Positions 14,222-15,350 of a stretch of 15,350 bases of DNA are shown one piece after another (within the stretch, counting starts at the first letter, position 1; each line of letters starts with the position of its first letter). Both the position numbers and the translations under genes were made by a program. The DNA is taken from positions 1 through 15,350 of the forward strand of contig JAAFKJ010000056.1 of the NCBI GenBank assembly GCA_021399395.1. The letters run 5' to 3'. Origin of the DNA: Candidatus Heimdallarchaeota archaeon. GTDB taxonomy: Archaea; Asgardarchaeota; Heimdallarchaeia; Heimdallarchaeales; Heimdallarchaeaceae. The notes beneath the pieces were generated by a model. It had not been told where the DNA came from, made no database searches, and saw nothing but the letters and a program-made list of their open reading frames with translations.

Positions 14222-15350
14222 ATGCCAATGCTTTATGAAATTGAGGGCAAACAACTGTTCAAAGAGAACGGTATCCCAGTTCCTAAATTCAGAGCTTACG
14301 ATGGTCCAGAGAGCATCAAAGCTTTTGTTGAAGAACTTGGTAATGATATTATGATGGCTAAGGCTCAGGCTCTTTCAGGTGGAAGAGGTAAAGCCGGATT
14401 AATTAAAAAAGTATCAGCTGCTGAAGCAGATGAATATATCCAAAGTATTCTTGGAAGAGATCATAGAGGAAAACCAATTGAAATTGTTATGCTCGAACAA
14501 CCACTGGAAATTTCCAATGAGATTTATCTGTCAGTTATGTTAGACAATGCTTCCGGTAAATATCTAGTTCTTGCTAGTTTGAGAGGTGGAGTAGATATTG
14601 AAGAAGTCGCAGAGAAATATCCTGATGAAATAGTCAAAGAATATTTTTCAGTTTTTGTTGAACCTCTACCATCTATGTTCATGGATTTAGGGAAGAAACT
14701 TGGTTTCGAAGCTCGAACCTTAGCTTCTTTTGCTAACATTATGACTAATATGTTTAAGATGGCTCAAAAGAGAGATCTAACTCTAATAGAAATCAATCCT
14801 CTTATTCTTACACCAGATAAACAGATCATTGCAGCTGATTCCAAAGTAGTGAGTGATGGTAGTGCAGATTATCGCCAATCTGATATCGCTGGTCTTAAAT
14901 CGCAACGTGCTAGACACACAGACTTAGAATTTGAAGCAGACCAAGCAGGTATTAGTTATGTTCAGCTCGATGGTGAGATTGGAATTATTTCTGGTGGTGC
15001 AGGTCTCGCCATGGCTACTTGCGATTTACTAGAATTCTATGGTAGTTCTCCAGCAAACTTTCTAGATGTTGGAGGAGGAGCAGATGAATCAAAAATTGAG
15101 AGATCTCTCGAGATTCTCTCCAAACAAGATATCAAAGGGATTTTTGTTAATTTCTTCGCAGGAATTACAAGATGTGACGATGTAGCAAATGGAATAGTCA
15201 ACGCATCTAAAAAATTCGATATCAAAGTACCAATGGTTATTCGTTTAGTTGGAACAAATGATGATGAAGGGATACAAATTCTTGAAGATAATGGTATTAA
15301 CGCATATGGTAAAATGGAACCTGCTGCGAAACGTATAGTTGAGCTTGTAA
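14222..15350 (+). CDS. sucC: Succinyl-CoA synthetase beta subunit (ADP-forming acid-CoA ligase beta); stop codon lies beyond the right edge
   Basis: Manual translation: MPMLYEIEGKQLFKENGIPVP, KAQALSGGRGKAG, GGVDIEEVA, EINPL, ADSK, YVQLDGEIG, GAGLAMAT, PANFLDVGGGA, GITRCDDVANGI, IRLVGTN, MEPAAKRIVELV. It is missing from the ORF track because no in-frame stop falls in the window. TATA-like CTTAAAA at 14189-14195. Confidence 0.93.
   Translation, partial: MPMLYEIEGKQLFKENGIPVPKFRAYDGPESIKAFVEELGNDIMMAKAQALSGGRGKAGLIKKVSAAEADEYIQSILGRDHRGKPIEIVMLEQPLEISNEIYLSVMLDNASGKYLVLASLRGGVDIEEVAEKYPDEIVKEYFSVFVEPLPSMFMDLGKKLGFEARTLASFANIMTNMFKMAQKRDLTLIEINPLILTPDKQIIAADSKVVSDGSADYRQSDIAGLKSQRARHTDLEFEADQAGISYVQLDGEIGIISGGAGLAMATCDLLEFYGSSPANFLDVGGGADESKIERSLEILSKQDIKGIFVNFFAGITRCDDVANGIVNASKKFDIKVPMVIRLVGTNDDEGIQILEDNGINAYGKMEPAAKRIVELV

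Noticed and set aside
10776-15225. Other short ORFs overlapping ard1, the NSUN-like gene, the Arf-like gene, rpoK, rpl42e and sucC
   Set aside because: They overlap well-supported genes in antisense or alternate frames and have no family signatures.
15348-15350. Terminal TAA as the sucC stop codon
   Set aside because: It is out of frame; the frame reads GAG CTT GTA A and continues beyond the window.

Overview
AT-rich archaeal chromosomal segment. Archaeal information-processing genes (Rpo6/RpoK, eL42, Ard1-type acetyltransferase, Lhr) occur together with two eukaryote-like small GTPases (Rab-like and Arf-like), which points to an Asgard archaeon (inference). Gene order: partial Rab-like GTPase (-, not in the ORF track), MEMO1-family protein (-), solo TnpB with a rearranged RuvC-II site and a predicted pseudoknotted omegaRNA (+), a 779-aa protein with two AlkZ/YcaQ(HTH_42)-like repeats (-), a 1908-aa Lhr helicase with about three such repeats (-), Ard1/Naa10-like acetyltransferase (-), a PUA-containing NSUN6/RsmB-like protein lacking both catalytic cysteines (+), Arf-family GTPase (-), rpoK (+), rpl42e (+) and a near-complete sucC (+, not in the ORF track). 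The best candidate for an undescribed system is the Lhr plus stand-alone AlkZ-repeat gene pair, which abut in frame (TAA-ATG). The m5C-methyltransferase pseudoenzyme, the Arf-like GTPase and the TnpB/omegaRNA module are the next most notable. All family calls come from motifs read by eye; no database search was run.
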